Shown here: piece by piece, positions 28,543 to 39,175 of the stretch
How the letters are laid out: each line of letters starts with the position of its first letter
Position numbering within the stretch: the stretch's first letter is position 1
Assembly (NCBI GenBank): GCA_031270985.1
Contig: JAISWR010000004.1
Location: 2,195 to 66,194, forward strand
Reading direction: 5' to 3'
Source: Bacteroidales bacterium
GTDB lineage: Bacteria > Bacteroidota > Bacteroidia > Bacteroidales > UBA4181
DNA: 64,000 nt
The notes under the pieces: model-generated
Told to the model about the DNA's origin: nothing
What the model saw: the letters and a program-made list of their open reading frames with translations, nothing else
Database searches by the model: none
Translations under genes and position numbers: made by a program

Positions 28543-29646
28543 ATGCAAAAATTTGTATATCAATTAATTAAAAGAATATTGCAGGGTTGTGGTATTGTCG
28601 TTGCCTTGGTGTGGGTGGCGTCCTGTGTATCCGTCAAAAATGAAACCGCCGTTGCACCTTACTCGCCTGCGGTGATGAACAACAGCGCGCTGGTGTACGG
28701 GCTTCCACAGACACGTTTGTATTTCGAAGTGGAACTTGTGAAAACGCGGATCAAAAAAGGCCCTTATGCGGAATATGCCGCCCGTATGTTGGGTTTGCAG
28801 GATGTTCCCATGAAAGATTCCGAAAGATGGCAACTTGGCTATGTCCACATTTACGATAAAGCAGAAGTGGACAACAAACAACTGTATGCATTGTCATTCC
28901 GGAATTATCCGCAGATACTGGACAAACTGATGCGTTTCACCAAAGAAGGGCTGATATTGGACGTGTCGGCGGACAATATACTGATGAATAGCCAAACGTT
29001 CGGGAAGAACAATGAGGACTTTCATTTCATGAACACCGCCATTACCACAACGGTGGTCGAAAAAGTGGACACGTTCTACAAAACCATCCTGACCGACACC
29101 GCTTTCGTACGTATCCCCGTGCTGCAGCGCAAAGTGATGGGCAAAACGGCGGAAGAACAGGCACGCGAGGCGGCGAACCAGATCTTCGGCATCCGCCAGG
29201 GACGAATAGACATCATTACGGGCAACACCGACCATAACCCCGACGGAAATGCCATGAAACTCGTGCTGGAAGCGCTCGACAATCAAGAAGAGCAACTTTT
29301 GTCCCTGTTCATCGGGGCAAAGGTGGAAAGCCGCTACGTACATACTTATTCGGTATTGCCCGAAAAAGCAGACATCAGTGATCCGCTGTTCTATTTTTCG
29401 GACAAAACGGGCATTGTGTCCGGAAATTCAGCCGACGCTACCAAAGTGTGGTACAGGATAGGGAAAGCCAACGCTCCGGCTTCCGTGCATGTGGAGCACC
29501 AAGCCGCCAACATTGTCTATTACCGCATACCGCAAGTGGTAGAGGTATCGGCAGGCGTTGCCGGCAGTACATTGGTCGGCAAGCAGAAAAGCATTTATCA
29601 ATTGGGAAACCTTGTCTCCTTTCCACTGCTGCCTCAAAAAAAGTGA
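28543..29646 (+). CDS. Lipoprotein, DUF4831-like
   Basis: 367 aa with a signal peptide and Cys (WVASC). The family name is from memory of similar Bacteroidales proteins and is unverified. Confidence 0.6.
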   Translation: MQKFVYQLIKRILQGCGIVVALVWVASCVSVKNETAVAPYSPAVMNNSALVYGLPQTRLYFEVELVKTRIKKGPYAEYAARMLGLQDVPMKDSERWQLGYVHIYDKAEVDNKQLYALSFRNYPQILDKLMRFTKEGLILDVSADNILMNSQTFGKNNEDFHFMNTAITTTVVEKVDTFYKTILTDTAFVRIPVLQRKVMGKTAEEQAREAANQIFGIRQGRIDIITGNTDHNPDGNAMKLVLEALDNQEEQLLSLFIGAKVESRYVHTYSVLPEKADISDPLFYFSDKTGIVSGNSADATKVWYRIGKANAPASVHVEHQAANIVYYRIPQVVEVSAGVAGSTLVGKQKSIYQLGNLVSFPLLPQKK

Positions 29647-29774
29647 GCCGACGGGAAAAGCTATCTGCCGCACTATGACTGAATTTCGTGACGAACTCAT
29701 CCAACTTTCAGGCATCACTTTCATGATTTTTTGTTTAAAAAATCGCATTTTATTGTTTTTAACAAAAAAAACAG

Positions 29775-29782
29775 TACTTTTG
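29775..29782 (+). promoter_or_regulatory. Candidate -7 promoter element (TAnnTTTG) for ssb
   Basis: TACTTTTG lies 74 nt upstream of the ssb ATG. Confidence 0.3.
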
Positions 29783-29855
29783 TATTTAACTACGGGATAA
29801 TACCCGTTGTTCAAAAATATTTATTTTTTAATATACAAACAAATAAAATTTGGTC

Positions 29856-30275
29856 ATGGTAAACAAAGTAATCTTATTGGGAAGAGTGGGGAAGGATCCC
29901 GAAGTACGTCATTTGGACAATGATCTCACAGTAGCAAGATTTCCGTTGGCTACCGATGAGTGGTATAGAAATAAGGAAGGGGAGAAAGTCACCCAAACGG
30001 AATGGCACAACATCGTGTTGTGGAGGCAATTGGCAGAACTTGCCGAGAAATGGGTCACCAAAGGAAAACTGCTCTATATCGAAGGAAAAATCAGAACACG
30101 CTCGTGGGAAAAAGACGGGGTGAAGCATTACTCCGTTGATATAGAGGGCGATGTCATGCGTTTTGCAGGTAATCCTTCCGAAAATCCGTCATCTGCGGTG
30201 GTTACGCCGGCATCTGCGCCAAATGTGGAAACAACACCTTTGCCTGTAGCGACTGGGGATGATTTACCGTTTTAG
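29856..30275 (+). CDS. ssb: Single-stranded DNA-binding protein
   Basis: The OB-fold N-terminus is MVNKVILLGRVGKDPEVR, TEWHNIVLW follows, and the acidic C-terminal tip is GDDLPF. Confidence 0.92.
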   Translation: MVNKVILLGRVGKDPEVRHLDNDLTVARFPLATDEWYRNKEGEKVTQTEWHNIVLWRQLAELAEKWVTKGKLLYIEGKIRTRSWEKDGVKHYSVDIEGDVMRFAGNPSENPSSAVVTPASAPNVETTPLPVATGDDLPF

Positions 30276-30296
30276 TACACACTTATCGCGATATTT

Positions 30297-31535
30297 TTGA
30301 ATCCTGAACCTCATTTATTGGTAGCAACCGTTTATTCCGGCTCTATGGGGATCATCCTGCTGTGTTCGGCGGCATTATTACTGTGCATGGTATTATTGTG
30401 GTTGATTTCCGGTTCGGAAACATCGCTTTTTTCCTTGTACGTCAGCGACATCAACACACTGAGAAAGGACGGGCACGACGAACAAATGCACAAATGGTGG
30501 GAACAGCCCGAACGGTTGCTGGCCATATTGTCAGTGTCGGGAAGTTTTGTATTCCTGTTGTCCGCCGTCGTTTCCGCATGTCTTTTCTATCTGGTGACAG
30601 GAGAGAGAGCGGGATGGGCAACATTGTCGGCAATATTTGCGGTGTTGTTTCTGCTGAGAATATTCTCCCAAAAACTTGCTTCGCCGTACATTCTGCGTCG
30701 CATGGCATGGCTTTTGCCTGCACTCAACATGATATTCCGTCCATTGACCAACGCAACGCTCACGCATCGCCAAACGCAGCAAAAACAAGGAGAAACATGG
30801 GACAAATCATCCGAAGCGGTGATAGAAAACGAAAGCATTTTAAAAGGCATTGTGAAATTCGGGAATATTGATACCCACACGATTATGACCCCGAGCATTG
30901 ACGTGGAAGCGGTGGGGATAGACACGCCTTTCCCCGACTTGATACGACTCATCGGCGAAAACGGTTATTCCCGCCTTCCCGTGTATGATGAACGCGAAAA
31001 TGTAAAAGGCATCCTGTACGTGAAAGATTTGTTGCCTTACATGGGGACAGGGACGGATTTCGCGTGGCAGTCGCTGCTCAGGGAAGCCTATTTCGTACCC
31101 GGCAACAAAAAAATCGACGATCTGCTCAAAGAGTTTCAAGCGAAAAAAATACACATGGCGGTCATCATCGACGAATATGGGATCATGGAAGGCATCGTCA
31201 CCCTTGAAGACATTCTGGAGGAAATTGTGGGCGAAATAGCCGACGAATCGGATGACGACGAACCCGGATACCGCCAAACGGATGCACATACCTACCTGTT
31301 TGACGGGAAAGTGCTGCTCAATGATTTTTCCCGCATCCTGCATCTGGAAGACAAACTGTTTGACGAAATCAAAAGCGACGCCGACACACTTGCCGGCATC
31401 ATCCTCGAATTGAAAGGTGAAATACCGCAAAAAGGCGACAGCGTAGATTACAAAAACCTGTCCTTTTGTGTGGAAGAAATGGAAAATCGGCGTATCAAAC
31501 AAATCAGAGTGACAGTGCATGAACAAAAAGAGTAA
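30297..31535 (+). CDS. gldE: Gliding-motility-associated protein GldE (CNNM/DUF21 + CBS pair + CorC_HlyC)
   Basis: 412 aa with TM DUF21 (SGSETSLFSL), CBS domains and a CorC C-terminus. The ssb-gldE-gldD synteny is present. The start is apparently TTG, with (L)NPEPH resembling the GldE N-terminal DPDP. Confidence 0.85.
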   Translation: MNPEPHLLVATVYSGSMGIILLCSAALLLCMVLLWLISGSETSLFSLYVSDINTLRKDGHDEQMHKWWEQPERLLAILSVSGSFVFLLSAVVSACLFYLVTGERAGWATLSAIFAVLFLLRIFSQKLASPYILRRMAWLLPALNMIFRPLTNATLTHRQTQQKQGETWDKSSEAVIENESILKGIVKFGNIDTHTIMTPSIDVEAVGIDTPFPDLIRLIGENGYSRLPVYDERENVKGILYVKDLLPYMGTGTDFAWQSLLREAYFVPGNKKIDDLLKEFQAKKIHMAVIIDEYGIMEGIVTLEDILEEIVGEIADESDDDEPGYRQTDAHTYLFDGKVLLNDFSRILHLEDKLFDEIKSDADTLAGIILELKGEIPQKGDSVDYKNLSFCVEEMENRRIKQIRVTVHEQKE

Positions 31536-32115
31536 ATCGAACCGGCTTGTGGCGGTGTCGGTAATCATCGGCGCAGTGGTCGTTTCGTGCGGCAATCGTA
31601 ACGAAATGCCCAAACCTCACGCTTATTATCGCATCGACTTTCCTGAAAAGGCATACCGGGTGTACGAAAGTGATTGTCCGTTTACGTTCGACTTTCCGGT
31701 GTACGGCGAAATTCTTCCGGCGAGCAATCATCCCGACGAGCCTTGCCTGTTCAACATCGTGTTCCCCGCCTATAAAAGCACCGTTCACATGACCTATAAA
31801 GAGATACATCAGGATCTGGACGTGTATCTGGAAGACGATTGGACGTTTGTGTACAAGAAAATCTCTCAAAAAGCCGACGCCGTTGAACCGCATACCTATG
31901 CCGACACTGTGCGCCGAGTGTATGCAACGGTGTACGATATCAAAGGAAACGCCGCATCGCCGGTACAGTTTTTCGTCACCGACAGCGTGCGGCATTTCAT
32001 TCGAGGTTCGTTATATTTCAGTGTCAGACCGAACTATGATTCTCTGGCGCCGGTCATCGGGTTTTTCCGCAAAGACATTACCCGTATGATAGAATCATTT
32101 AATTGGAGATATTAA
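31519..32115 (+). CDS. gldD: Gliding motility lipoprotein GldD
   Basis: 198 aa with a lipobox (VVSCG). PKPHAYYRIDFPEKAY and KGNAASPVQFFVTDSVRHFIRGSLYF...PNYDSLAPV closely resemble Flavobacterium GldD. Confidence 0.88.
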   Translation: MNKKSKSNRLVAVSVIIGAVVVSCGNRNEMPKPHAYYRIDFPEKAYRVYESDCPFTFDFPVYGEILPASNHPDEPCLFNIVFPAYKSTVHMTYKEIHQDLDVYLEDDWTFVYKKISQKADAVEPHTYADTVRRVYATVYDIKGNAASPVQFFVTDSVRHFIRGSLYFSVRPNYDSLAPVIGFFRKDITRMIESFNWRY

Positions 32116-32128
32116 TGTGGAGGGTTAA

Positions 32129-32761
32129 ATGGGATTATTGATACATAGAGAAATAGAAAAAGGCTGTTTCCTTGGCATCTGGGAAATAATGGAGGATTAT
32201 GAAACGCTGTTTCCGGCGGTGTATCTGAACGAGGCCGATATCATACGATTGAACGGGTTCAAAAACATGAACCGGAAGGTTGAGTCGCTCAGTGTCAGAG
32301 CATTGTTACAGCAAATGACGCATCCGAAAGCGCGGATTGTGTATTGCGAGTTGCGCAAACCGTATTTGGCGGACAATTCGTACAACATCAGCATTTCTCA
32401 TTCACACCGGATGACTTCCATATTGCTGGGCAAAAATCGTCTCGTAGGGGTAGATTTGGAGTACATGTCGCATGACATTGAACGGATTGCCGACAAATTC
32501 CTGAATGAGCGGGAAGTGATTACGCTTCATCCCGAAAAGAGAAAGGAGCATATGTATGTACATTGGTGCGCCAAAGAGGCATTGTACAAAATTTGCGACA
32601 AGGTGGATATTAATTTCCAGAAAAACCTGACCATCAAGCCGTTTGAACCGGAACAGAGAGGCAACATCATAGGCGTGGTGCGCAATAACCTGCGCAACGA
32701 GGAATACCAAATGCGCTACGTCATCAACGACAACTATGCGTTGGTGTATTGCGTGAAATAA
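32129..32761 (+). CDS. 4'-phosphopantetheinyl transferase superfamily protein
   Basis: 210 aa. ISISHS, GVDLE and WCAKEALYK are Sfp/AcpS-type motifs. Confidence 0.85.
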   Translation: MGLLIHREIEKGCFLGIWEIMEDYETLFPAVYLNEADIIRLNGFKNMNRKVESLSVRALLQQMTHPKARIVYCELRKPYLADNSYNISISHSHRMTSILLGKNRLVGVDLEYMSHDIERIADKFLNEREVITLHPEKRKEHMYVHWCAKEALYKICDKVDINFQKNLTIKPFEPEQRGNIIGVVRNNLRNEEYQMRYVINDNYALVYCVK

Positions 32762-32769
32762 AATTTTTT

Positions 32770-32813
32770 CCACAAAAAAGGCCGTCGAGTTTTTGCGACA
32801 GCCTTTTTTGTGG
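32770..32813. terminator. Bidirectional hairpin terminator between the convergent PPTase gene and groEL
   Basis: CCACAAAAAAGGC (32770-32782) pairs perfectly with GCCTTTTTTGTGG (32801-32813). The stem extends inward (GTCG/CGAC), and A/T runs lie on both sides. Confidence 0.7.
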
Positions 32814-32829
32814 AAAAACGTGATGTTTT

Positions 32830-34470
<1,641 letters not shown>

Positions 34471-34509
34471 TTACGATTTACTTTGTTTTACAATGAATGA
34501 TACATTAAT

Positions 34510-34788
34510 TTAAATAACCGCTAAAATATCCGACTGCCGCATCATCAGGTAATCCACACCGTCCACGTTCAGTTCGGAACCGGAATATTTTCCGTAGAGT
34601 ACCACATCGCCCACTTTCACCTGCATGGTTTCATCTTTGGTGCCGGGTCCTGCTGCTACTACTGTTCCCTTTTGGGGCTTTTCTTTCGCCGTATCGGGGA
34701 TGATCAATCCGCTTGCTGTCTTCGATTCGGCTTCCATCGGCTGCACTAAAACTCTGTCCGATAGAGGTTTAATTTTTACATTTGCCAT
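34510..34788 (-). CDS. groS: Co-chaperonin GroES
   Basis: 92 aa. [15 protein letters not shown]...[13 protein letters not shown] is the mobile loop. Confidence 0.97.
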   Translation of the reverse strand: MANVKIKPLSDRVLVQPMEAESKTASGLIIPDTAKEKPQKGTVVAAGPGTKDETMQVKVGDVVLYGKYSGSELNVDGVDYLMMRQSDILAVI

Positions 34789-34844
34789 TTTTTTATGATT
34801 TTAAAAAGTTAAACAATTATTTTCTCTTTTTAGCATACATATTT

Positions 34845-34867
34845 TGTGCCAAATGCAATATGGCACA
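34845..34867. promoter_or_regulatory. Inverted repeat TGTGCCA-N9-TGGCACA upstream of groES (candidate operator)
   Basis: Perfect 7-bp arms with a 9-nt spacer, 57-79 nt upstream of the groES ATG. The N9 spacing matches CIRCE, but the arm sequence is different. Confidence 0.4.
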
Positions 34868-34883
34868 TATCGGATGAATTTCT

Positions 34884-34920
34884 CTGCCATTTTTTCACTT
34901 TGCTATGACAAAAATGGCAG
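34884..34920. promoter_or_regulatory. Inverted repeat CTGCCATTTTT-N15-AAAAATGGCAG upstream of groES
   Basis: Perfect 11-bp arms, 96-132 nt upstream of groES. It shares the TGCCA/TGGCA core with the 34845-34867 repeat. Confidence 0.35.
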
Positions 34921-34951
34921 ATGCGTAGATTTATCGTTTTTCCAAAGGCAC

Positions 34952-34985
34952 AAAAACCAGAGTCTAAGTGGCTCCGGTTTTTTTT
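34952..34985. terminator. Terminator-like hairpin with flanking A-run and T-run, not adjacent to any called gene
   Basis: AAAAACCAGAG-loop(9)-CTCCGGTTTTTTTT is an 11-bp stem with one mismatch. It lies in the 500-bp xerD-groES spacer, about 300 nt from the xerD stop. Confidence 0.45.
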
Positions 34986-35287
34986 GCGCCTCAAAACAAA
35001 TCGGTTTTGCGTCAGTACATTAGGATTTAAATCCACTTCAAATTTTGGTAGCGGGAAGAGCAAATCGCTTGATTCTATCCTGATATTTGTACCGAGCTGT
35101 TAACGCCTCGACACAAATCTATCGCTATGCTCTTTGACCAAAATTTCTGGAATTTTTTAGGGTATCGCATTGTCAAAGTCAGGAAATAAATTTTGCCATG
35201 ATGCCGTACGGGTAACGTTAGGATAACGTTGTTGATTATCAGTCATTTGCATGCATATTTGCAAATATCTGATTTTCTTATTATTGC

Positions 35288-36214
35288 TCAGTCGTGTATT
35301 TTTCTGCTTGCTTTGCTGCGGGGATGGTATTCGATGATGGTTTGTCGTAGGAAACTGCGATCCATGTGGGTGTAGATTTCGGTGGTGGTGATGGATTCGT
35401 GTCCCAGCATCTCCTGAATAGCACGCAGATCGGCGCCTCTCTCTATCAAGTGGGTGGCAAACGAGTGTCTGAACGTGTGCGGGCTGACATGTTTTTGGAT
35501 GTCCGCCAATTCCGCAAGCCGGCGAATGATGGTGAACACCATTACCCGCGTCAGCGGTTTTCCGCGCCTGTTGAGAAACAGGATGTCTTCGTAATTTTTG
35601 GCAACATTTGTTTTTGTGCGGTCGGGCAGGTAGCGGTTGATTTCATGCAACGCCTTGTCGTTGATGGGGATCAGACGTTCCTTGCTGCCTTTGCCTTTCA
35701 CGCGGACGAACCCTTCTTTGGGATATACGTCGGACAAGTGCAGAGATACGGCTTCGGAGACGCGCAACCCGCAACTGTACATGGTTTCCAGCAGAGCCTT
35801 GTTGCGTTGTCCTTCCTTTTTACTCAGGTCTATGGCTGCCAGCAGCATATCTATCTCTTCCACAGTTAGTACATCCGGCAGTGTGACGCCTGTTTTCGGA
35901 TGGTCTATCATATCGGCAGGATTGTCGTTTATCTCGTTGTCCATCAGCAGAAACTTGTAGAAAGCGCGAATACCCGACAAGAGTCTTGCTTGCGAACGGG
36001 CTTTTATCGCTGTTTTCCCTATCCGGATAAAAAAATCTTCTATCATGCTGGATGTGACGTCGATCGGGCGTATTCCCGGATGAAATTCAGCCAAATACGT
36101 TTGCAATTTACCGATGTCGTCCGTATAGGCTTCAATGGTATGTGCGGATACTGCTTTTTCTATTTTCAGGTAATCCGTAAATTCGTTTATCTTTTGTTTC
36201 CACCCTTCGTTCAT
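35288..36214 (-). CDS. xerD: Site-specific tyrosine recombinase XerD
   Basis: 308 aa from the ATG at 36214. The N-terminal SAM-like domain is YLKIEKAVSAHTIEAY, and the catalytic region is R...HTFRHSFATHLIERGADLRAIQEMLGHESITTTEIYTH. The start forms an ATGA overlap with the NUDIX stop. The ORF extension to 36376 overlaps the NUDIX gene. Confidence 0.88.
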   Translation of the reverse strand: MNEGWKQKINEFTDYLKIEKAVSAHTIEAYTDDIGKLQTYLAEFHPGIRPIDVTSSMIEDFFIRIGKTAIKARSQARLLSGIRAFYKFLLMDNEINDNPADMIDHPKTGVTLPDVLTVEEIDMLLAAIDLSKKEGQRNKALLETMYSCGLRVSEAVSLHLSDVYPKEGFVRVKGKGSKERLIPINDKALHEINRYLPDRTKTNVAKNYEDILFLNRRGKPLTRVMVFTIIRRLAELADIQKHVSPHTFRHSFATHLIERGADLRAIQEMLGHESITTTEIYTHMDRSFLRQTIIEYHPRSKASRKIHD

Positions 36215-36831
36215 ATTTGCCGGCTCATCCATTGTCCCAATACCTGTCCGATAGTGCCGTAAGTGTTCCGTAATACCGGCGCTAATTCGTTTTCGGAGCG
36301 CCACACCGCTTCGGTGATGTCTTCCTCCACTTGCGGCTGCAACGGTTCTTCGCCGTTGTACGCCATGACGTACCATACGGTATGTTTCAATATTAATTTA
36401 CCGTTTTGCCGGTACACGTGATAAGTGTCGGTCAGCTTTTCGGTGATTTGCGGCAGGGTTACCAATCCGCACTCTTCCGACACCTCGCGTACTGCCGTTT
36501 CTTCCGGTGTTTCTCCCTTTTCCGCTTTTCCTTTGGGCAAATCCCATTTCCCGCGACGCCGTATCAGCAGAATTTTTTCGTCTTTTCCGACAACCAATCC
36601 GCCGGCAGCTTCGATATACTTGAAGCATTTTTTGAAAAGTTCCAGTATTTCGTCTGTACCGTCATGATAAATATATCCGTCTTTACGGGCGTCTGCGAAT
36701 TTTTCCAATTGGTTTTCGAGGGATTTTTTGTTTTTGAATGTCAATACCGTTCCGTTTGCCGGAATATTTGTATCTTTGCCGACGAAAACCAATACATGAT
36801 CGTCAAAATATATTTTTATATCTTTATTCAT
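36211..36831 (-). CDS. NUDIX hydrolase
   Basis: 206 aa with the Nudix box GKAEKGETPEETAVREVSEECG. Confidence 0.88.
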   Translation of the reverse strand: MNKDIKIYFDDHVLVFVGKDTNIPANGTVLTFKNKKSLENQLEKFADARKDGYIYHDGTDEILELFKKCFKYIEAAGGLVVGKDEKILLIRRRGKWDLPKGKAEKGETPEETAVREVSEECGLVTLPQITEKLTDTYHVYRQNGKLILKHTVWYVMAYNGEEPLQPQVEEDITEAVWRSENELAPVLRNTYGTIGQVLGQWMSRQI

Positions 36832-37456
36832 GACACATCATTCCATTGCTGAATATTTACTGCAAAGTAAAGCAATAAAATTGGAACCTGCAACACCTTT
36901 CACATGGGCGTCGGGCTGGAAGTCTCCCATTTATTGCGACAACAGGCGTACGCTGAGTTTTCCGGAGATACGTTCAGCCATCAGGGATGGTTTGGTGGCG
37001 CTCATTCGCAGACATTACCCTCAGGTAGAAGTGATTGCGGGCGTTGCCACAGGCGCTATTGCGCAGGGAGCATTGGTGGCGGATGCACTGAATTTGCCGT
37101 TTGTGTACGTCCGTTCATCGGCCAAGGATCATGGTTTGGGCAACAGGATTGAAGGTTATCTTGATCCGGAGAAAAAGACGGTAGTGCTGGAAGATTTGAT
37201 TTCCACCGGAAGCAGTAGTCTCTCTGCTTTGGAAGCCATACGCGGCGTGGGTAATCCCGTGTTGGGCATGGCAGCCATTTTTACCTACGGTTTTGCATCA
37301 GCGGAAAAAGATTTCCGTCATGCCGATTGCCCGTTGCATACGCTTGTTGATTATGCCGAAGTGCTGGAATTGGCATTGAAATCGGGATATATCCGTGCTG
37401 ACCAGATTGAATTGCTGGAAAAATGGCGCGAATCCCCCGACCGGTGGGGAAAGTGA
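36830..37456 (+). CDS. pyrE: Orotate phosphoribosyltransferase
   Basis: 208 aa. FTWASGWKSPIYCDNR is present, and VVLEDLISTGSS is the PRPP-binding motif. Confidence 0.93.
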   Translation: MTHHSIAEYLLQSKAIKLEPATPFTWASGWKSPIYCDNRRTLSFPEIRSAIRDGLVALIRRHYPQVEVIAGVATGAIAQGALVADALNLPFVYVRSSAKDHGLGNRIEGYLDPEKKTVVLEDLISTGSSSLSALEAIRGVGNPVLGMAAIFTYGFASAEKDFRHADCPLHTLVDYAEVLELALKSGYIRADQIELLEKWRESPDRWGK

Positions 37457-37691
37457 CACGTTGGAGCACCCCTAAAAATCACTCCGTCGAAATGTTAATG
37501 AGAAAAACAGTCCCCAAAATTCGTTTGACTTTTTTGCCGGATATCTCCATCATTTTCTTCGTTTTTATTTTACTGTGGTTTTATGACCTAAGCCACAAAG
37601 ATAGCAATTATACCTGAGAGTACGGCAGTAAGCGCGACAGGGTGGCTTTGATTTTTTATTTCATGCGCTTGGAAAACTCGGTTTTTTCATG

Positions 37692-37699
37692 TAATTTTG
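37692..37699 (+). promoter_or_regulatory. Candidate -7 promoter element (TAnnTTTG) for cstA
   Basis: TAATTTTG lies 27 nt upstream of the GTG start at 37726. Confidence 0.4.
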
Positions 37700-37725
37700 T
37701 GACGGCATCTATGAGGCATAATTAA

Positions 37726-39171
37726 GTGGTCACTTTTTTCATTTCCATATTGTTGCTGGTAGGCGGATATTTTTTGTACGGCAGGATTGCGGAACGGGTC
37801 TTCGGCGTGCAGCCCGAACGGATAACGCCTGCATATACGCACACGGACGGAGCGGATTACGTTCCTATGGGCTGGTGTCGCATCCTGTTGATACAGTTTT
37901 TGAACATTGCAGGGCTGGGGCCTATCTTCGGCGCCATCATGGGAGCCATATACGGACCTGCCGCCTTTTTGTGGATTGTGCTGGGGACGATTTTCGGAGG
38001 TGCGGTGCACGACTACTTTTCAGGCATGTTGTCCGTCAGGAATAACGGCATGAGTCTGCCGGAAATCGCCGGCAAATACATGGGAGTGGGATTTAAACAG
38101 TTCATGCGCGGTTTCACCGTTCTGCTGATGGTGCTGGTAGGAGCGGTGTTTGTGGCAGCGCCGGCGCAGTTGCTTGCTAACCTCACTCCGGAATGGATGA
38201 ACATGACGGTGTGGTGCATCATACTCTTCGTCTATTATATTGCGGCTACCCTGTTGCCTGTGGATAAGCTTATCGGCAGGATTTATCCCGTATTCGGATT
38301 TGCCATACTTTTCATGGCGGCAAGTATCGGCGGATGCCTGATATGGAATGACGCTCCGATTCCCGAAATCACGTTTTCCAGCTTGCGTAACATGCATCCC
38401 GATGCCGACGCCTATCCCATATTTCCGATGTTGTTCATCTCCATCGCCTGTGGCGCCATTTCCGGTTTCCACGCTACCCAATCGCCGCTCATGGCGCGTT
38501 GTTTGAAAAACGAAAGAATGGGAAGGCGTATTTTTTATGGCGCGATGGTGATTGAAGGTATTGTGGCGCTCATCTGGGCGGCTGTGGCCATGAGTTTTTT
38601 CGGGTCGGTAGGCGGATTGCAGGAATTTTTGCGTGCAAATAACAACAGCGCCGCCGTGGTGGTGGACAAAATTGCTCATTCGTGGCTGGGCGTTTTCGGC
38701 GGATTGCTTGCCGTCATCGGCGTGATCGTAGCGCCCATCACCTCGGGCGATACGGCATTCAGGTCGGCGCGGCTAATAGTTGCCGACTTCATCGGCTATA
38801 GCCAAAAAAACATCAGTCGCCGTATCATTGTCGCTTTGCCACTGTTTATCATCGCACTGGTGATCTTGCAAATCAATTTTGACGTGATTTGGCGATATTT
38901 TGCGTGGGCAAACCAGACCTTAGCCGCCGCCACATTGTGGAGCATCACGGTGTATCTGGCAAAGGAACGGAAATGTTACTGGATCACGCTCATCCCGTCG
39001 CTGTTCATGACGATGGTGATATGCAGCTACATCATAGTGGCGCCGGAAGGTTTCCGCCTGCCGATCAACACCGGTCTGCTCATCGCGGCGGTATGCACGG
39101 TTGTTGCCTCCGTCATGTTTGTATGGTGGTTGCGGAACTACTATTTGTCGGATAAAATCTTAAAACAATAA
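37726..39171 (+). CDS. cstA: Carbon starvation protein A family transporter
   Basis: 481 aa, polytopic, with a CstA N-terminal signature (QFLNIAGLGPIFGAIMGA) and a GTG start. Confidence 0.88.
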   Translation: MVTFFISILLLVGGYFLYGRIAERVFGVQPERITPAYTHTDGADYVPMGWCRILLIQFLNIAGLGPIFGAIMGAIYGPAAFLWIVLGTIFGGAVHDYFSGMLSVRNNGMSLPEIAGKYMGVGFKQFMRGFTVLLMVLVGAVFVAAPAQLLANLTPEWMNMTVWCIILFVYYIAATLLPVDKLIGRIYPVFGFAILFMAASIGGCLIWNDAPIPEITFSSLRNMHPDADAYPIFPMLFISIACGAISGFHATQSPLMARCLKNERMGRRIFYGAMVIEGIVALIWAAVAMSFFGSVGGLQEFLRANNNSAAVVVDKIAHSWLGVFGGLLAVIGVIVAPITSGDTAFRSARLIVADFIGYSQKNISRRIIVALPLFIIALVILQINFDVIWRYFAWANQTLAAATLWSITVYLAKERKCYWITLIPSLFMTMVICSYIIVAPEGFRLPINTGLLIAAVCTVVASVMFVWWLRNYYLSDKILKQ

Positions 39172-39175
39172 ATAT

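Noticed and set aside
28044-28563. 166-aa, 61-aa and 86-aa minus-strand ORFs.
   Set aside because: They are three frames of one frameshifted ISAs1 transposase C-terminal remnant, not separate genes.
34830-34867. Possible CIRCE element or sigma-54 promoter upstream of groES.
   Set aside because: TTAGCA at 34830 is not followed by CTC-N9-GAGTGCTAA. The TGGCAC motifs lack a properly spaced TTGC(A/T) -12 element on either strand. I kept the repeats only as uncharacterised inverted repeats.
36215-36376. 54-codon N-terminal extension of xerD.
   Set aside because: It overlaps the NUDIX gene in another frame and is R/G/A-rich. The ATG at 36214 gives a canonical XerD of about 308 aa and an ATGA junction.
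37492-37617. 41-codon plus-strand ORF MLMRKTVPKIRLTFLPDISIIFFVFILLWFYDLSHKDSNYT downstream of pyrE.
   Set aside because: Hydrophobic small ORF without supporting signals. It cannot be distinguished from chance in AT-rich spacer.
39172-39175. glmS ribozyme upstream of glmS.
   Set aside because: Only 4 nt separate the cstA stop from the glmS start, so there is no room for a ribozyme or leader.
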